NCBI GenBank assembly: GCA_963814995.1
Contig: CAWFFF010000012.1
Span: 140 to 64,139, forward strand
Source: an uncultured Actinomycetes bacterium
GTDB taxonomy: Bacteria > Actinomycetota > Acidimicrobiia > IMCC26256 > PALSA-610
Direction of reading: 5' to 3'
DNA length: 64,000 bases
Translations under genes and position numbers: made by a program
Notes under the pieces: generated by a model
What the model was told of the DNA's origin: nothing
The model's database searches: none
Seen by the model: only the letters and a program-made list of their open reading frames with translations
In this document: positions 46,722 through 56,757 of the stretch, piece by piece
Layout: the number at the start of each line of letters is the position of its first letter
Position numbering within the stretch: position 1 is the first letter of the stretch

Positions 46722-47564
46722 ATGCCCGTTCGCATCGTGACCGACAGTGCGTGCGATCTCCCCGAGTCGATTTGCGCCGAGCTCGGCGTCGAGGTCGTGC
46801 CGCTCACGATCCGGTTCGGCGACCGCGAGTACGTCGACCGCAAAGAGCTCACCACCGACGCGTTCTGGAAGGAGCTCGGCTCCTCGTCGGTGCTCCCCGA
46901 GACGTCGGCCCCTTCGGTCGGCGCGTTCGAGGAGACGTTCCGGCGCCTGAGCGACGAGGGCGCGGACGCGATCGTGTGCATCAACCTGTCGGCCCGCCTG
47001 TCCGCGACGATGCAGTCCGCTCAGGTCGCGGCCAAGGCGCTCGACGGGGAGACGCCGATCGAGATCATCGACTCCCTCAGCGCGTCGATGGGAATCGGCA
47101 ACCTCGTCCTCCATGCCGCGCGACGCGCTCGCGCGACGGAGCCGGGCTCGACGACATCGTCGCGCGAGGTCGAGTCACGGCGCGCCAACCAGCACGTGTT
47201 CGCGGCGCTCGACACGCTCGAGTACCTCAGAAAGGGCGGCCGCATCGGCGGCGCGCAGGCGATGCTCGGTTCGATGCTCTCGATCAAGCCGATCATCAGC
47301 GTGATCGACGGGGCGGTCGAGCCCGCAGGGCGCGTCCGTACGCGGTCGAAAGCACTCCGTTTCCTCGTCGACCAGATCCCGGCGGGCAAGGTGGAGTTGA
47401 TCAGCGTGTTGCATGCGAACGCGCCGGACGTCGACGAATTCGTCGCGATGATCGCGCCCGTCGTGCCCGACGCGGAGGTGACCGTCGGCACGATCGGCCC
47501 CGTCATCGGTGTCCACACCGGACCGCGGGTCATGGGGATCGCGTGGATCAACCGGCCGGAATGA
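46722..47564 (+). CDS. DegV family fatty-acid-binding protein
   Basis: VRIVTDSACDLP...TSAPSVGAFEE...NLSARLSATMQSA... with GAAGGAG SD upstream. Confidence 0.85.
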   Translation: MPVRIVTDSACDLPESICAELGVEVVPLTIRFGDREYVDRKELTTDAFWKELGSSSVLPETSAPSVGAFEETFRRLSDEGADAIVCINLSARLSATMQSAQVAAKALDGETPIEIIDSLSASMGIGNLVLHAARRARATEPGSTTSSREVESRRANQHVFAALDTLEYLRKGGRIGGAQAMLGSMLSIKPIISVIDGAVEPAGRVRTRSKALRFLVDQIPAGKVELISVLHANAPDVDEFVAMIAPVVPDAEVTVGTIGPVIGVHTGPRVMGIAWINRPE

Positions 47565-47592
47565 ACCTCGTCGGTGCGCGACGACGACAACG

Positions 47593-48139
47593 ATGACGCG
47601 CTCGCCGGGCGAGCCGCGCGACGGCGACCTTTCCGCGCTCGACAGACTGTTGCGCAGGCATACGACGCTCGTGCACGGCGTCTGCCGGCGGATCCTCGGG
47701 AATCCCGACGACGCACTCGACGCGACCCAGGAGGCCTTGCTGGCGATCGCCCGCAAGATCGCGGTCGTTCGACGGTCGGTCCAAATTCTCGACGTGGGCG
47801 TACCGCGTGGCGACGAACGCTGCTCTCGACGAGGCGCGCCGCCGAGGCCGGCGGCCGGTTCCGACCGAACACCTGCCCGAGACCGCCCCCGCGGCCCGCA
47901 GTTCGGGCGAATCCGCCATCGCCGACCGCCTCGACGTCGACGCCGCCCTCGCCCACCTGACGCCCGAGTACCGCGCCGCGGTCGCGCTGCGCGACCTCGT
48001 CGGCATGGACTACGCGGAGATCGCGGACGTGCTCGGTATCCCCGCCGGCACGGTGCGTTCGCGGATCTCGCGCGGCCGGGCCGCACTCGCCGATCTTCTC
48101 GGGAACCGGGAGACCACTTCGGAGCATCCAACGACGTGA
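47593..48139 (+). CDS. ECF sigma factor, sigM-like by synteny (one frame change as assembled)
   Basis: Region 2 (DALDATQEALLAIARKI) is in the frame from ATG 47593. ..FSTWAYRVATNAALDE.. and region 4 (EYRAAVALRDLVGMDYAEIADVLGIPAGTVRSRISRGR) are in the frame of 47807..48139. The break lies near ~47775. Confidence 0.8.
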
Positions 48140-48141
48140 CC

Positions 48142-49066
48142 ATGGACGACGGCCGCCCCACCCCTTTCCCACCGGACCAGCTCGACGAGATCCTCTCCGC
48201 GGAGATCGACGGGGAGCTCGACGCGATCGCGCTCGATCTCGGCACCGACGTCGCGGGCCTGACCGCGCGCCTGCAGGTGACGCCGGGCGCGGCGGAACGG
48301 CGTGCCGCCCTCACCGGTGCACGCGAGGTCCTCGCCGCGAATACCGACCCTCGACGAGCTCACCGTCGCGCGTCTTCGGGACGCCGCGGTTCGCGAGGCC
48401 GAACGCGAGCATGCGTTCCGGCGCGATGTCGTCTCCCGTCGCCGCAACCGCTGGCTCGTGAGCGCCGGCGGCGTCGCGGCCGCGATCGCCGTCGTCGGCG
48501 GACTCGCGAGCACCATGGGCGGGAGCACGAGCTCGAAGGCGTCGAGCGCGGCGGCGACGGGTGCACTCGGTGTCACGACCGGGCCGGCACCGGCGAAGTC
48601 GGCCGCGCCGGTCGTCGCGCTCGGTGCGTTCACCGATCCGGCCACGCTCGCGGGTCCGCCGTGGCCAGTGGTGTGGCGACCGGGTCTGCCACCGCAACCT
48701 CCCCGGACTCCGCTACCCGCGAGCAGGATCTCGTCGCGGAATCCACGACCACGCAGGCGCAGGTGCAGGCGCCGTCGGCGAGCAAGTCCACTGGTTCGAA
48801 AGAGCCGGCCCAGTTCGCGACCGGAGACGCCGCGTCACCTACGTCGAGCGAGAAGACCCTCGCCCCACAGACCTCGGCGTCCGCCGCCGGGTCGGCCTGC
48901 GCGCTCGCTGCCGCAGGTCCACGCAGGTGACCGCCAGATTCTGCGCGTAACCGCGACGCTGTCGGGGAAGTCCGTCGTCGTCCTGGTCTACGCGTCGGCA
49001 ACCACGCACATCGTGGTGATCGAGGACACGCGCTGCACGGTGCTCGAGGTGCAGACGGTGCGCTGA
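48142..49066 (+). CDS. Putative anti-sigma factor (single TM), one to three frame changes as assembled
   Basis: The ATG lies 2 nt after the sigma stop. The N-terminal MDDGRPTPFPPDQLDEILSAEIDGEL.. is followed by a shift near ~48340 (extra A) to ..TLDELTVARLRDAAV..RNRWLVSAGGVAAAIAVVGGLAS (TM). The S/T/A/Q-rich middle reads better, with higher GC3, in another frame between ~48650 and ~48925. The C-terminus ..VVVLVYASATTHIVVIEDTRCTVLEVQTVR ends at 49066. Confidence 0.55.
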
Positions 49067-49093
49067 CCGGGCCGGACCGGGCCGCGCCCCGGC

Positions 49094-49408
49094 ATGTACG
49101 CTTCCGAGCCGGGAACGAGCCAAGGAACTCGAGTGAGCGACTGGACCACCGAAGCCACCGATGTGATCGAACGCACCGTCGCGATGGTGCGCGACCGGAC
49201 CGTGGAACCGGCCGAAGCGATCTCCCGGGGCATCGTCTACGGACTCCTCGCCGCTCTGGTCGCAGTCCCGGCACTCGTATTGTTGACGATTGGTGCCTTT
49301 CGCGGTCTCGTGCTGCTGGAGCAGGGCTACACCTGGGCGGCCTGGTGCACGCTCGGCGGAATCTTCCTGATCGCCGGCGGGTTCTGCTGGAGCAAGCGCA
49401 AACCCTGA
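49094..49408 (+). CDS. Small membrane protein, hypothetical
   Basis: 104 aa with two hydrophobic helices (IVYGLLAALVAVPALVLLTIGAF; AAWCTLGGIFLIAGGFCW). Confidence 0.5.
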   Translation: MYASEPGTSQGTRVSDWTTEATDVIERTVAMVRDRTVEPAEAISRGIVYGLLAALVAVPALVLLTIGAFRGLVLLEQGYTWAAWCTLGGIFLIAGGFCWSKRKP

Positions 49409-49442
49409 TCGAAACCCCTGGTCACGAACGGACATACGAGCC

Positions 49443-50388
49443 ATGAACGCGGTGGACGTCATCATCATCGGGTCGGGCCCTGCGGGACTCACGGCCGCCA
49501 TCTACACCGCCCGAGCCAACCTGAAGCCCCTGGTCATCGAGGGTCTGCAGGCCGGCGGGCAGCTCATGTTGACGACCGACGTCGAGAACTACCCGGGCTT
49601 CCCCGACGGGATCGTGGGCCCCGACCTCATGGCGAAGTTCCGGGAGCAGGCCGAGCGCTTCGGCGCCGAGTTCCTGACCGCCGACGTCGACGAGGTCGAC
49701 CTCGCTGCGACCCCCAAGCGGGTGCGCGTCGGGGGTCACGACGAATACGCCCGCGCGATCATCATCTCGACGGGCGCGGCAGGCGCGCATGCTCGGCCTG
49801 GCGAACGAGCAGACGCTGCTGGGCCACGGTGTCTCCACCTGTGCCACCTGTGACGGGTTCTTCTTCCGTGGGCACGAGATCGCGGTCATCGGCGGCGGCG
49901 ACTCTGCGCTGGAGGAGGCGAACTTCCTCACGCGGTTCGCCGACAAGGTGACCCTCGTGCACCGGCGCAAGGAGCTGCGCGCCTCGAAGATCATGCAGGA
50001 CCGCGCCTTCGCGAACCCCAAGATCGAGTTCCTCTGGAACGCGGTCGTCACCGACGTGAAGGGCGACGGTCGCGTCGAGGCGCTCGAGGTACGCGACACC
50101 GAGACCGGCTCCACCACCGACCTCCCCGTGACCGGTGTGTTCGTGGCGATCGGCCACGATCCGAACACGTTGCTGTTCACCGGCCAGATCGAGTTGGATC
50201 CCGGTGGGTACATCGTCACGCGGCCCGGTTCGACCGCAACCTCGATCCCCGGCGTGTTCGCGGCCGGCGACGTCCAGGACCACATCTACCGGCAGGCGAT
50301 CACCGCCGCCGGCTCCGGCTGTATGGCGGCGCTCGAGACCGAGCGCTACCTCGAGACCCTCGGCGACGTGTCCACGTCCGTCGGGTAA
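49443..50388 (+). CDS. trxB: Thioredoxin-disulfide reductase (one frame change as assembled)
   Basis: [19 protein letters not shown]; redox-active CATCDG; [10 protein letters not shown]; GVFAAGDV. An extra G near ~49777 joins frames 49443.. and 49789..50388. Confidence 0.9.
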
Positions 50389-50402
50389 CGAAAGGTTGTC
50401 CC

Positions 50403-50732
50403 GTGTCTGACGGTATTCTGACTCTCACTGACGCTACGTTCGACGAGAGTGTCGGCGCGGCCGACACGCCCGTCCTGGTCGACTTCTGGGCCGAGTGGTG
50501 CGGCCCGTGCAAGATGATCGCTCCGGTCCTGGCCGACATCGCCAAGGAGCACCAAGGCAAGATCCAGATCGCGAAGCTCAACGTCGACGACAACCCGAAC
50601 GTCGCGCGCCGCTACGAGGTCATGAGCATTCCGACGTTGCTCGTCATCGCGAATGGCGAGGTGAAGAAGCGCCTCGTCGGTGCGAAGGGCAAGCCGCAAC
50701 TGCTCGAGGAGCTCTCCGAGTTCATCGATTGA
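50403..50732 (+). CDS. trxA: Thioredoxin
   Basis: The WCGPC active site in a 109-aa protein of canonical length. Confidence 0.95.
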   Translation: MSDGILTLTDATFDESVGAADTPVLVDFWAEWCGPCKMIAPVLADIAKEHQGKIQIAKLNVDDNPNVARRYEVMSIPTLLVIANGEVKKRLVGAKGKPQLLEELSEFID

Positions 50733-51727
50733 GCACTGCGGTGGCGCTTCTTCGCCAGGGAGACCGCGGCGGTGCGGTGCGCGACCTGAGTACACGTCTT
50801 GCCGCGGCGGGAGCGCAAGCGGTCGCGACCGATCTCTTCGACGACTCGCTCGAAGCTGCCGTCCGCGAGTTCCAAAAGGAACGCGGGCTGCGGGTTGACG
50901 GCATCTGCGGACCCGAGACCTGGGGCGCGCTCATCGAGAGCGGGTTCCGGCTCGGTGACCGACTGTTGTACCTGTCGAGCCCGATGCTCCGCGGCGACGA
51001 CGTCGCGGAGCTGCAGCGCCGGTTGAACCTTCTGGGCTTCGACGCCGGTCGGGAGGACGGCATCCTCGGGCGCGAGACCGAGGACGCGATCCGCCAGTTC
51101 CAGCGCAACGCAGGCACGACCGCCGACGGTGTGTGCGGCCCGGGAACCCTCGCCGCGATCGCGAGGGTCAGTGGTCTCGCCGCGGGCTCCGTCGCAGGCC
51201 TGCGCGAGCGCGAGACCCTGCGCCACGCGCCGCTCCGGCTCGACGGTCTACGTGTGTTCCTCGTCGCCGAACCGGGCATGAACGCGCTCGCCACCGCGGT
51301 TCGGACCTCGATCGCGAAGCTCGGCGGCCTCGTGGCGCTCGACGTCTCGGGCGACGACCACAGCGTGCTCACCGCGCAGGCGAACAACTTCGGTGCGGGC
51401 GCATTCCTCGCGCTCTCGAACAATGGCGAACCGGGTGTGCGCTGCGCCTACTTCTCGAGCGGGACGTTCCGTTCCGAGGGCGGACACTGCCTGGCGACAC
51501 GCCTCACGGAGTCGCTGCGCTCCGTGCTCGACGACGTCGACGAGCCTGTCGGTCGTACGTATCGCTTCTTGCGGGAGACGCGGATGACCGCGGTCGTCTG
51601 CGAGCTCGTGGGTCGCGACGAAGCCGACGCGCGCGCCCTGCTGACGACCAGGCTGCCCGACGTCTCCCGCGCCCTGGTCGAGGGTCTGCGGCGCGGGGTC
51701 GAAGAACCGCCCGACCGCGTGCCCTGA
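50729..51727 (+). CDS. cwlM: CwlM-like protein: two PG_binding_1 repeats + degenerate amidase_3 domain
   Basis: Two ..FQ...GL..DGI.GP.T.. peptidoglycan-binding repeats. The C-terminal amidase_3-like fold lacks the DPGHGG-type metal site. A TTG start overlaps the trxA stop; GTG 50741 is an alternative. The position after trxB-trxA matches mycobacterial cwlM. Confidence 0.7.
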   Translation: MSTAVALLRQGDRGGAVRDLSTRLAAAGAQAVATDLFDDSLEAAVREFQKERGLRVDGICGPETWGALIESGFRLGDRLLYLSSPMLRGDDVAELQRRLNLLGFDAGREDGILGRETEDAIRQFQRNAGTTADGVCGPGTLAAIARVSGLAAGSVAGLRERETLRHAPLRLDGLRVFLVAEPGMNALATAVRTSIAKLGGLVALDVSGDDHSVLTAQANNFGAGAFLALSNNGEPGVRCAYFSSGTFRSEGGHCLATRLTESLRSVLDDVDEPVGRTYRFLRETRMTAVVCELVGRDEADARALLTTRLPDVSRALVEGLRRGVEEPPDRVP

Positions 51728-51747
51728 CGATCAGGCCTCGCCGAGCG

Positions 51748-52641
51748 TCAGGGCGCCTCGGTCGAGCCCTGGCTCATGGCCCGGTAGATGCGCTCAAGAT
51801 CCTCGAGGTTCGCGAATTCGATCTGCACCCGGCCGTGGCGGGCGCCCATCGTGATCCGTACCCGGGTCTCGAGATAGTCGCCCAGCAACTCTTCGAGCTC
51901 GAGCAGCCCGGGCGGGCGAAGCCGGCCGCCCGGATCGGCTGCGGCGGCCGCGGTCGCACTCTTCGCCGCGGGCGCGTCCTGTTGCTGGCGGATGGCCTCT
52001 TCGACCTGGCGAACCGAGAGGTCCTCCGCGATCACCCGCTTCGCCAGCTGCTCCTGGAACGCGCGGTCCGGCGTGCTCAGCAACGCCCGCGCGTGACCCA
52101 TGCGAATGGTGCCGTCCTTCAAGCAGCGCTGGATCGACGGCGGGAGTTGCAGCAACCGCAGCGTGTTGGTGATCGTCGCCCGGCTCTTGCCGACCCGGGT
52201 CGCGACCTCGTCATGCGTCAGGGAGAAATCCTCGATGAGCTGTTGATACGCAGCTGCTTCCTCCAGCGGGTTCAGTTCCTCGCGCTGGATGTTCTCGACG
52301 ATGGCGTGCTGGAGCATCGCGGCATCGTCGGCGACGCGAACCATGGCCGGGACCGTCTGCAGCCCGACCCGTCGCGCCGCCCGCCAACGGCGCTCGCCGG
52401 CGATGAGCTCGTACCCGCCACCTTCCGCGGCCCGCACCAACACAGGCTGCAGGAGGCCGACCTCGCGGATCGAGTCCGCGAGCGCGGCCAGCGCCTCTTC
52501 GTCGAAATGCTCGCGCGGCTGTTGCGGGTTCGGCCGGATCTCGGCCGTCGGTATGTCGGCCAGGCCTCCCGCCTGCTCCGCAACCGTGCCCGTCGGGATC
52601 AACGCGCCCAGGCCTCTACCCAGCCCTCCGGGTCGCGCCAC
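51748..52641 (-). CDS. parB: Chromosome partitioning protein ParB
   Basis: GLGRGLGALIP, ..IRPNPQQPREHFDEEAL..LADSIREVGLLQPVLVR.., HTH region. Confidence 0.92.
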   Translation of the reverse strand: MARPGGLGRGLGALIPTGTVAEQAGGLADIPTAEIRPNPQQPREHFDEEALAALADSIREVGLLQPVLVRAAEGGGYELIAGERRWRAARRVGLQTVPAMVRVADDAAMLQHAIVENIQREELNPLEEAAAYQQLIEDFSLTHDEVATRVGKSRATITNTLRLLQLPPSIQRCLKDGTIRMGHARALLSTPDRAFQEQLAKRVIAEDLSVRQVEEAIRQQQDAPAAKSATAAAAADPGGRLRPPGLLELEELLGDYLETRVRITMGARHGRVQIEFANLEDLERIYRAMSQGSTEAP

Positions 52642-53782
52642 GGCTCACCTCCTTCGCCAGCTCGCGGTATGCGAGCGCCCCTCGTGACGTGGAATCGAAC
52701 ACCGTCACCGGCTGCCCGAACGACGGCGCCTCGGAGATGCGCACCGTGCGCGGAACCACCGTGCGGTACACCTTGGCCCCGAAGTGCGCCCGGACCTCGC
52801 GCTCGACCTGCTCGGCGAGCTTGGTCCGCGCGTCGTACATCGTGAGCACGATCCCGCGCACGTCCAGGGCCGGGTTGAGGTTCGATTTCACGAGCGCAAC
52901 GTTGCGCAGCAGCTGACCGAGACCCTCGAGCGCGTAGTACTCGCACTGGATCGGGACGATCACGTCGTCCGAGGCTGCGAGTCCGTTCACCGTGAGCAAC
53001 CCGAGCGACGGCGGGCAATCGATCAGCGTGAAGTCATACGAGCCCGCAATCTGAGCGAGTGCGCGGCGGAGTTTGAGCTCCCGGGAGAACGCCGGGACGA
53101 GCTCGATCTCAGCGCCGGCCAGATCGATGGTCGCGGGGACAACGAAGAGGTTCTTGACCGTCGTAGGTTCGGTGCAGTCGTCGATCGGGGCGTCGTTCAT
53201 GATGACGTCGTAGATCGAGCCCTCGACGTTGCGATGGCTGATCCCCATCCCGGTGGTCGCGTTGCCCTGCGGATCGAGATCGATCACGAGGACCCGGTAG
53301 TCGAGCTCGGCCAGCGCCGCGCCCAGGTTGACGGCGGTAGTGGTCTTCCCGACCCCGCCCTTTTGGTTCGCGATCGAGATCACGAGCGGCAGAACGACCT
53401 CGTCGGCGCCCTGCGCCCCACCTCGAGCCCGCAGCGATGCGAGGGCCTCGGGGGGTGGGGCCGGCAACGGAGCCGGTGCCTCGGCAGGGGGCGCCGCGGT
53501 CGCCGCGTCGGCCGCCGGACCGTCGTCGACGGCGACGTCGGGCGCCGGGACCTCGGCATCGGAGGCCGCTCCGGAACGCTCTGCGGCAGGCTGGTCCGGG
53601 CTCGGAGGAGCTTCACCGCCCGCGTCGGCGTTCGTGGTCGCGGCGTCCGGAGTCACCGGTGCTCCTGGCATCGATTCATCGTCCCGATTCTGTGTTGAGG
53701 TCGTGTTCGCCGCCCCCCTGCCGCCGAACCAACGGCGTCGGCTCTGGCCATGACTCTCGGCGAGCGCGTCGTCAGATGCCAT
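52616..53782 (-). CDS. parA: Chromosome partitioning ATPase ParA/Soj with ~130-aa low-complexity N-terminal extension
   Basis: Deviant Walker A NQKGGVGKTTT and DLDPQGNAT. The ATG at 53782 has GGGAGG 6 nt upstream. The extension is Ala/Pro/Asp-rich. Confidence 0.9.
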   Translation of the reverse strand: MASDDALAESHGQSRRRWFGGRGAANTTSTQNRDDESMPGAPVTPDAATTNADAGGEAPPSPDQPAAERSGAASDAEVPAPDVAVDDGPAADAATAAPPAEAPAPLPAPPPEALASLRARGGAQGADEVVLPLVISIANQKGGVGKTTTAVNLGAALAELDYRVLVIDLDPQGNATTGMGISHRNVEGSIYDVIMNDAPIDDCTEPTTVKNLFVVPATIDLAGAEIELVPAFSRELKLRRALAQIAGSYDFTLIDCPPSLGLLTVNGLAASDDVIVPIQCEYYALEGLGQLLRNVALVKSNLNPALDVRGIVLTMYDARTKLAEQVEREVRAHFGAKVYRTVVPRTVRISEAPSFGQPVTVFDSTSRGALAYRELAKEVSRGATRRAG

Positions 53783-53925
53783 TTCTCGCCTCCCTCAAGG
53801 GATGTCGTCGGACCGCAGTCCATCGCAAACTGTGCGGAGGGCCGGGCGAAGGCCGTTCCCTGCACTGTGCGAAGCCGGCGCATCGTACTACTGCGCCGGC
53901 GATGCACAACAGGCTTCCGTCTCAA

Positions 53926-53941
53926 TGTTTCACGTGAAACA
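53926..53941. other. parS site TGTTTCACGTGAAACA (perfect palindrome)
   Basis: Matches the 16-bp tGTTNCACGTGAAACa consensus at all specified positions. It lies in the parA-rsmG spacer. Confidence 0.9.
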
Positions 53942-54079
53942 CGCGGATTCGTCCTGAGATCGGGGTTTGACCGGCCTTCAGGCCCGACAAACCAGCGTTG
54001 AGATCGTCCGACGAGATCTTCGCCGTTCGCCCGATCGGAAGTGTCGGAACAGCTTCGGCCCGCGAACGAATCAGGCCGT

Positions 54080-54095
54080 CAACAGACGATGTTCC
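54080..54095. other. parS site TGTTCCACGTGAAACA
   Basis: Identical to the canonical B. subtilis-type parS. It lies 11 nt downstream of the rsmG stop. Confidence 0.9.
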
Positions 54096-54105
54096 ACGTG
54101 AAACA

Positions 54106-54735
54106 TCACCAGAGCGGGCGTTTTCCGGGCCGGCCGACGCCCCGTGGGTACCGCGTCGGTGCCGGCCGCTCTTTCCGCACCACGGCAAAATGACCCTCGC
54201 CCACCTCGACGAGGTCCGCGGGCCCGAATCCCAACGGCGCCAGGCCGTCGGGCTGCCATCGACCGTCGTCCGGCTGGGGCGGATCACTCACGACCAGCAC
54301 CCCCGTGGGGCGCACGAGGCCGGCGGCGATCTCCGCCGTGATCGCCGGCGCGGCAAAGCTCCGAGCGGTGACGACCGCGAACTGCTCGCGGTACGCCGCG
54401 AGCCGTCCGACCGCCTCCCCGCGCTCCTCCAGCAGCTCGATCCGACCCGCGAGACCAAGATCGTCGATCACCTCGCGGAGGAACGCTGCGCGGCGCCGGC
54501 CGACCTCCACCAGGACGCCTGTACTCGCGGCCCACCGCGCCGCGAGCACCAGGCCGGGAATGCCGCCCCCCGTCCCGAGATCGGCGAAGTTCGGGGGCTC
54601 CCGGCCGAGCATGTCCTCGGCCGCGACCGCGAACCCTTCCGCGTGCCTGAGATGGAGTTCTACGGGCCCCGGCCCGAGGAACCCGGCGGCTCGGGCGCGT
54701 TCCAGGACCTCTGGCAGAGCCGACGCGATTGTCAC
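54106..54735 (-). CDS. rsmG: 16S rRNA (guanine527-N7)-methyltransferase RsmG (GidB)
   Basis: ..DLGTGGGIPGLVLA.., ..VTARSFA... and the conserved position between jag and parA. GTG start. Confidence 0.88.
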   Translation of the reverse strand: MTIASALPEVLERARAAGFLGPGPVELHLRHAEGFAVAAEDMLGREPPNFADLGTGGGIPGLVLAARWAASTGVLVEVGRRRAAFLREVIDDLGLAGRIELLEERGEAVGRLAAYREQFAVVTARSFAAPAITAEIAAGLVRPTGVLVVSDPPQPDDGRWQPDGLAPLGFGPADLVEVGEGHFAVVRKERPAPTRYPRGVGRPGKRPLW

Positions 54736-54798
54736 CCGAATCCGCCGGGCGCCGTGGTCATTCCGGATACACCCACCCGGGTGGATGACGTCGACTGC

Positions 54799-55815
54799 TC
54801 AGGCAGGAAAGACGACGACGCGGCGGCGAGGGTCCTCGCCTTCCGACGTGGTGTCGACGCCATCGACGTCGGCGACCACGTCGTGCACGACCTTGCGGTC
54901 GGCCGCGTTCATCGGTTCGAGCGCCCGTTCCTCGCCCGTCTCCTTGACCTCGCCTGCAACCCGGCGTGCGAACTCCTCGAGGGCCAGGCGGCGGCGCTCG
55001 CGGTATCCGGCCACGTCGACGTGGATCCACGCGCTGTGCCCGCCCGCCGAACGCTGGACGACCGCGCGCACGACCTCCTGCAGGGCCTGTATCGTCACGC
55101 CGCGGGGCCCGACCAGCGCGCCGAGACCATCGCCCTCGATGTGGACCGTCACGTCGTCGCCGTCGATCTCCGTGCGGACCGAGGCGGTGAAGCCCATCGT
55201 CCGGACGAGCTCGTCGGTGAACGTCGCCGCCTGCTCCGCCTGCTCTGCTACCGGCACCGTTTCCACATCGTCCTCCGCTTGCGTCTCGTCGCCCGTGCGT
55301 GCTTTGCGTTCGTCGGTGTCACGGTCGTCCGTAGAGACCGAGGCCGCGGCGCGACCTCCACCACCGCTATTGCCCCGCCCTCGACCTCCGCGCCGGCGCC
55401 GGGCGCCGCTCCCTGGGGCCTTGGGTGCCGACTCTGTCGCCTCACGGGGTGCGTCGGCCCCGGACGCGCCCTCGTCGTCGTTCCTGCTTGCCGCGCCCGA
55501 TCGGTCCGGTGATCGGCCGCCCCGACCGCCCCGTTGTCCACCGCTGCGCCCGCCGCGCCCGCCGCCGCCTTGTCCACCCCGGGAGGACCGCTCGTTCGGG
55601 CGCTTCCCCCGACGTTTCCGGTCGGTCGGCTTCTCCCGGGAGATCGGCTTCACGCGGGCCCGGATTCGGGCGTCGCCGCGAGCGATCCCGAACAAGCCCC
55701 GGCGGGGTTCGTCGACGATCTCGAATTCGAGCTCGTCCTCGACGACTCCGAGCCGGTCGAGTGCGAGCTCCTTGGCGTCGTCGACCGTACGCGCGGTCAC
55801 TTCGATCCAGTCCAC
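54799..55815 (-). CDS. jag: Jag/KhpB RNA-binding protein (Jag_N, KH, R3H) with expanded RGG-rich linker
   Basis: The N-terminal WIEVTARTVDDAKELALDRLGV is Jag_N. The C-terminal ..LVGPRGVTIQALQ.. is KH. ..MNAADRKVVHDVVADVDGVDTTSEGEDPRRRVVV.. is R3H. A ~130-aa linker rich in RGG/GGR separates them. Confidence 0.85.
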   Translation of the reverse strand: MDWIEVTARTVDDAKELALDRLGVVEDELEFEIVDEPRRGLFGIARGDARIRARVKPISREKPTDRKRRGKRPNERSSRGGQGGGGRGGRSGGQRGGRGGRSPDRSGAASRNDDEGASGADAPREATESAPKAPGSGARRRRGGRGRGNSGGGGRAAASVSTDDRDTDERKARTGDETQAEDDVETVPVAEQAEQAATFTDELVRTMGFTASVRTEIDGDDVTVHIEGDGLGALVGPRGVTIQALQEVVRAVVQRSAGGHSAWIHVDVAGYRERRRLALEEFARRVAGEVKETGEERALEPMNAADRKVVHDVVADVDGVDTTSEGEDPRRRVVVFPA

Positions 55816-55818
55816 GGG

Positions 55819-56757
55819 TCAGCGCTTCCGTTTCTTCTTCTTGCGTCGGGCCGCGTTCGGCGACGGCTTGTCGGAGCCGTTCGCCGAACCCGCGGCGTCG
55901 GGAGGTTCGACGTCTCCGGCCTCGAGCTTTGCGGGTGATGCCTTCCCGGCGCCGGGGTGCTCCTCCTCGTACATCTTGTTGAGGACGAAGTGCTGTTGCC
56001 CGATGCGCCAGGCGTTCGAGACGACGAAGTAGACCGTCGTCGCGGCGTTGAACCCGTAGGAGATCACGCCGAAGAAGATCGGCATGATCTTCGTGACGGC
56101 CTGCATCTGCGCGTTCGGTGCCGCGCTGCCGGACTTCGCCTGGCGAGCCTGCGTCTGACGGACTTGGTACCAGCCTGTGAAGATCACGAGCGCGAGCAGG
56201 ACGAAATACGGGAACGCGGCGCCGAAACCATCGGGGATCGCGCTGGCGGCCGACAGGTTGAGGTGCAGGCCGAGGAAATGCAAGGCCGCGGGCGAGTGCT
56301 CCTTGACCGCGGTGGCGCAGCCCTTGGGGTCGATCGTCGTGTTTCCACAGATGTCGACGTACAACTTGGACAACGTGCCCGATCGGGGGATGTGGTACTG
56401 GATCCCGGGCCGGCGGAAGGTGTCGAGCACGGCGATGCCGATGGGAAGGATGAGTATCAGCGGAAGGCATCCCGCCAACGGGTTGATCTTGTTCTCCTGG
56501 TAGTACTTCAGGAGCTCCTCGTTCTGCTTGGCCCGGTCGTCCTTGTACTTCTGTTGGATCTTCTTGATCTCCGGCTGGACCCGCTGCATCAGGATCATCG
56601 AGCGGGTCTGCTTGGCGATGAGCGGGAACTGCACACACATCACGATGAGGGTCAGCAGGATGATCGAGACGCCGAGACTGTGCGTCGGGTAGTAGAGGAC
56701 TGCGAGCAACCATCCGACGATCCGGTACAGCGGATCGAGAAAGCTCCCGGCTAGCAC
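55819..56757 (-). CDS. yidC: Membrane protein insertase YidC
   Basis: ..[54 protein letters not shown].. The start is set at GTG 56757 ([11 protein letters not shown]..), overlapping the yidD end. Confidence 0.88.
   Translation of the reverse strand: MLAGSFLDPLYRIVGWLLAVLYYPTHSLGVSIILLTLIVMCVQFPLIAKQTRSMILMQRVQPEIKKIQQKYKDDRAKQNEELLKYYQENKINPLAGCLPLILILPIGIAVLDTFRRPGIQYHIPRSGTLSKLYVDICGNTTIDPKGCATAVKEHSPAALHFLGLHLNLSAASAIPDGFGAAFPYFVLLALVIFTGWYQVRQTQARQAKSGSAAPNAQMQAVTKIMPIFFGVISYGFNAATTVYFVVSNAWRIGQQHFVLNKMYEEEHPGAGKASPAKLEAGDVEPPDAAGSANGSDKPSPNAARRKKKKRKR

Noticed and set aside
53998-56032. Plus-strand ORFs 53998..55512 (504 aa) and 54305..56032 (575 aa)
   Set aside because: They are antisense to rsmG, jag and yidC, with Arg/Ser/Pro-rich low-complexity translations. 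They are shadow ORFs.
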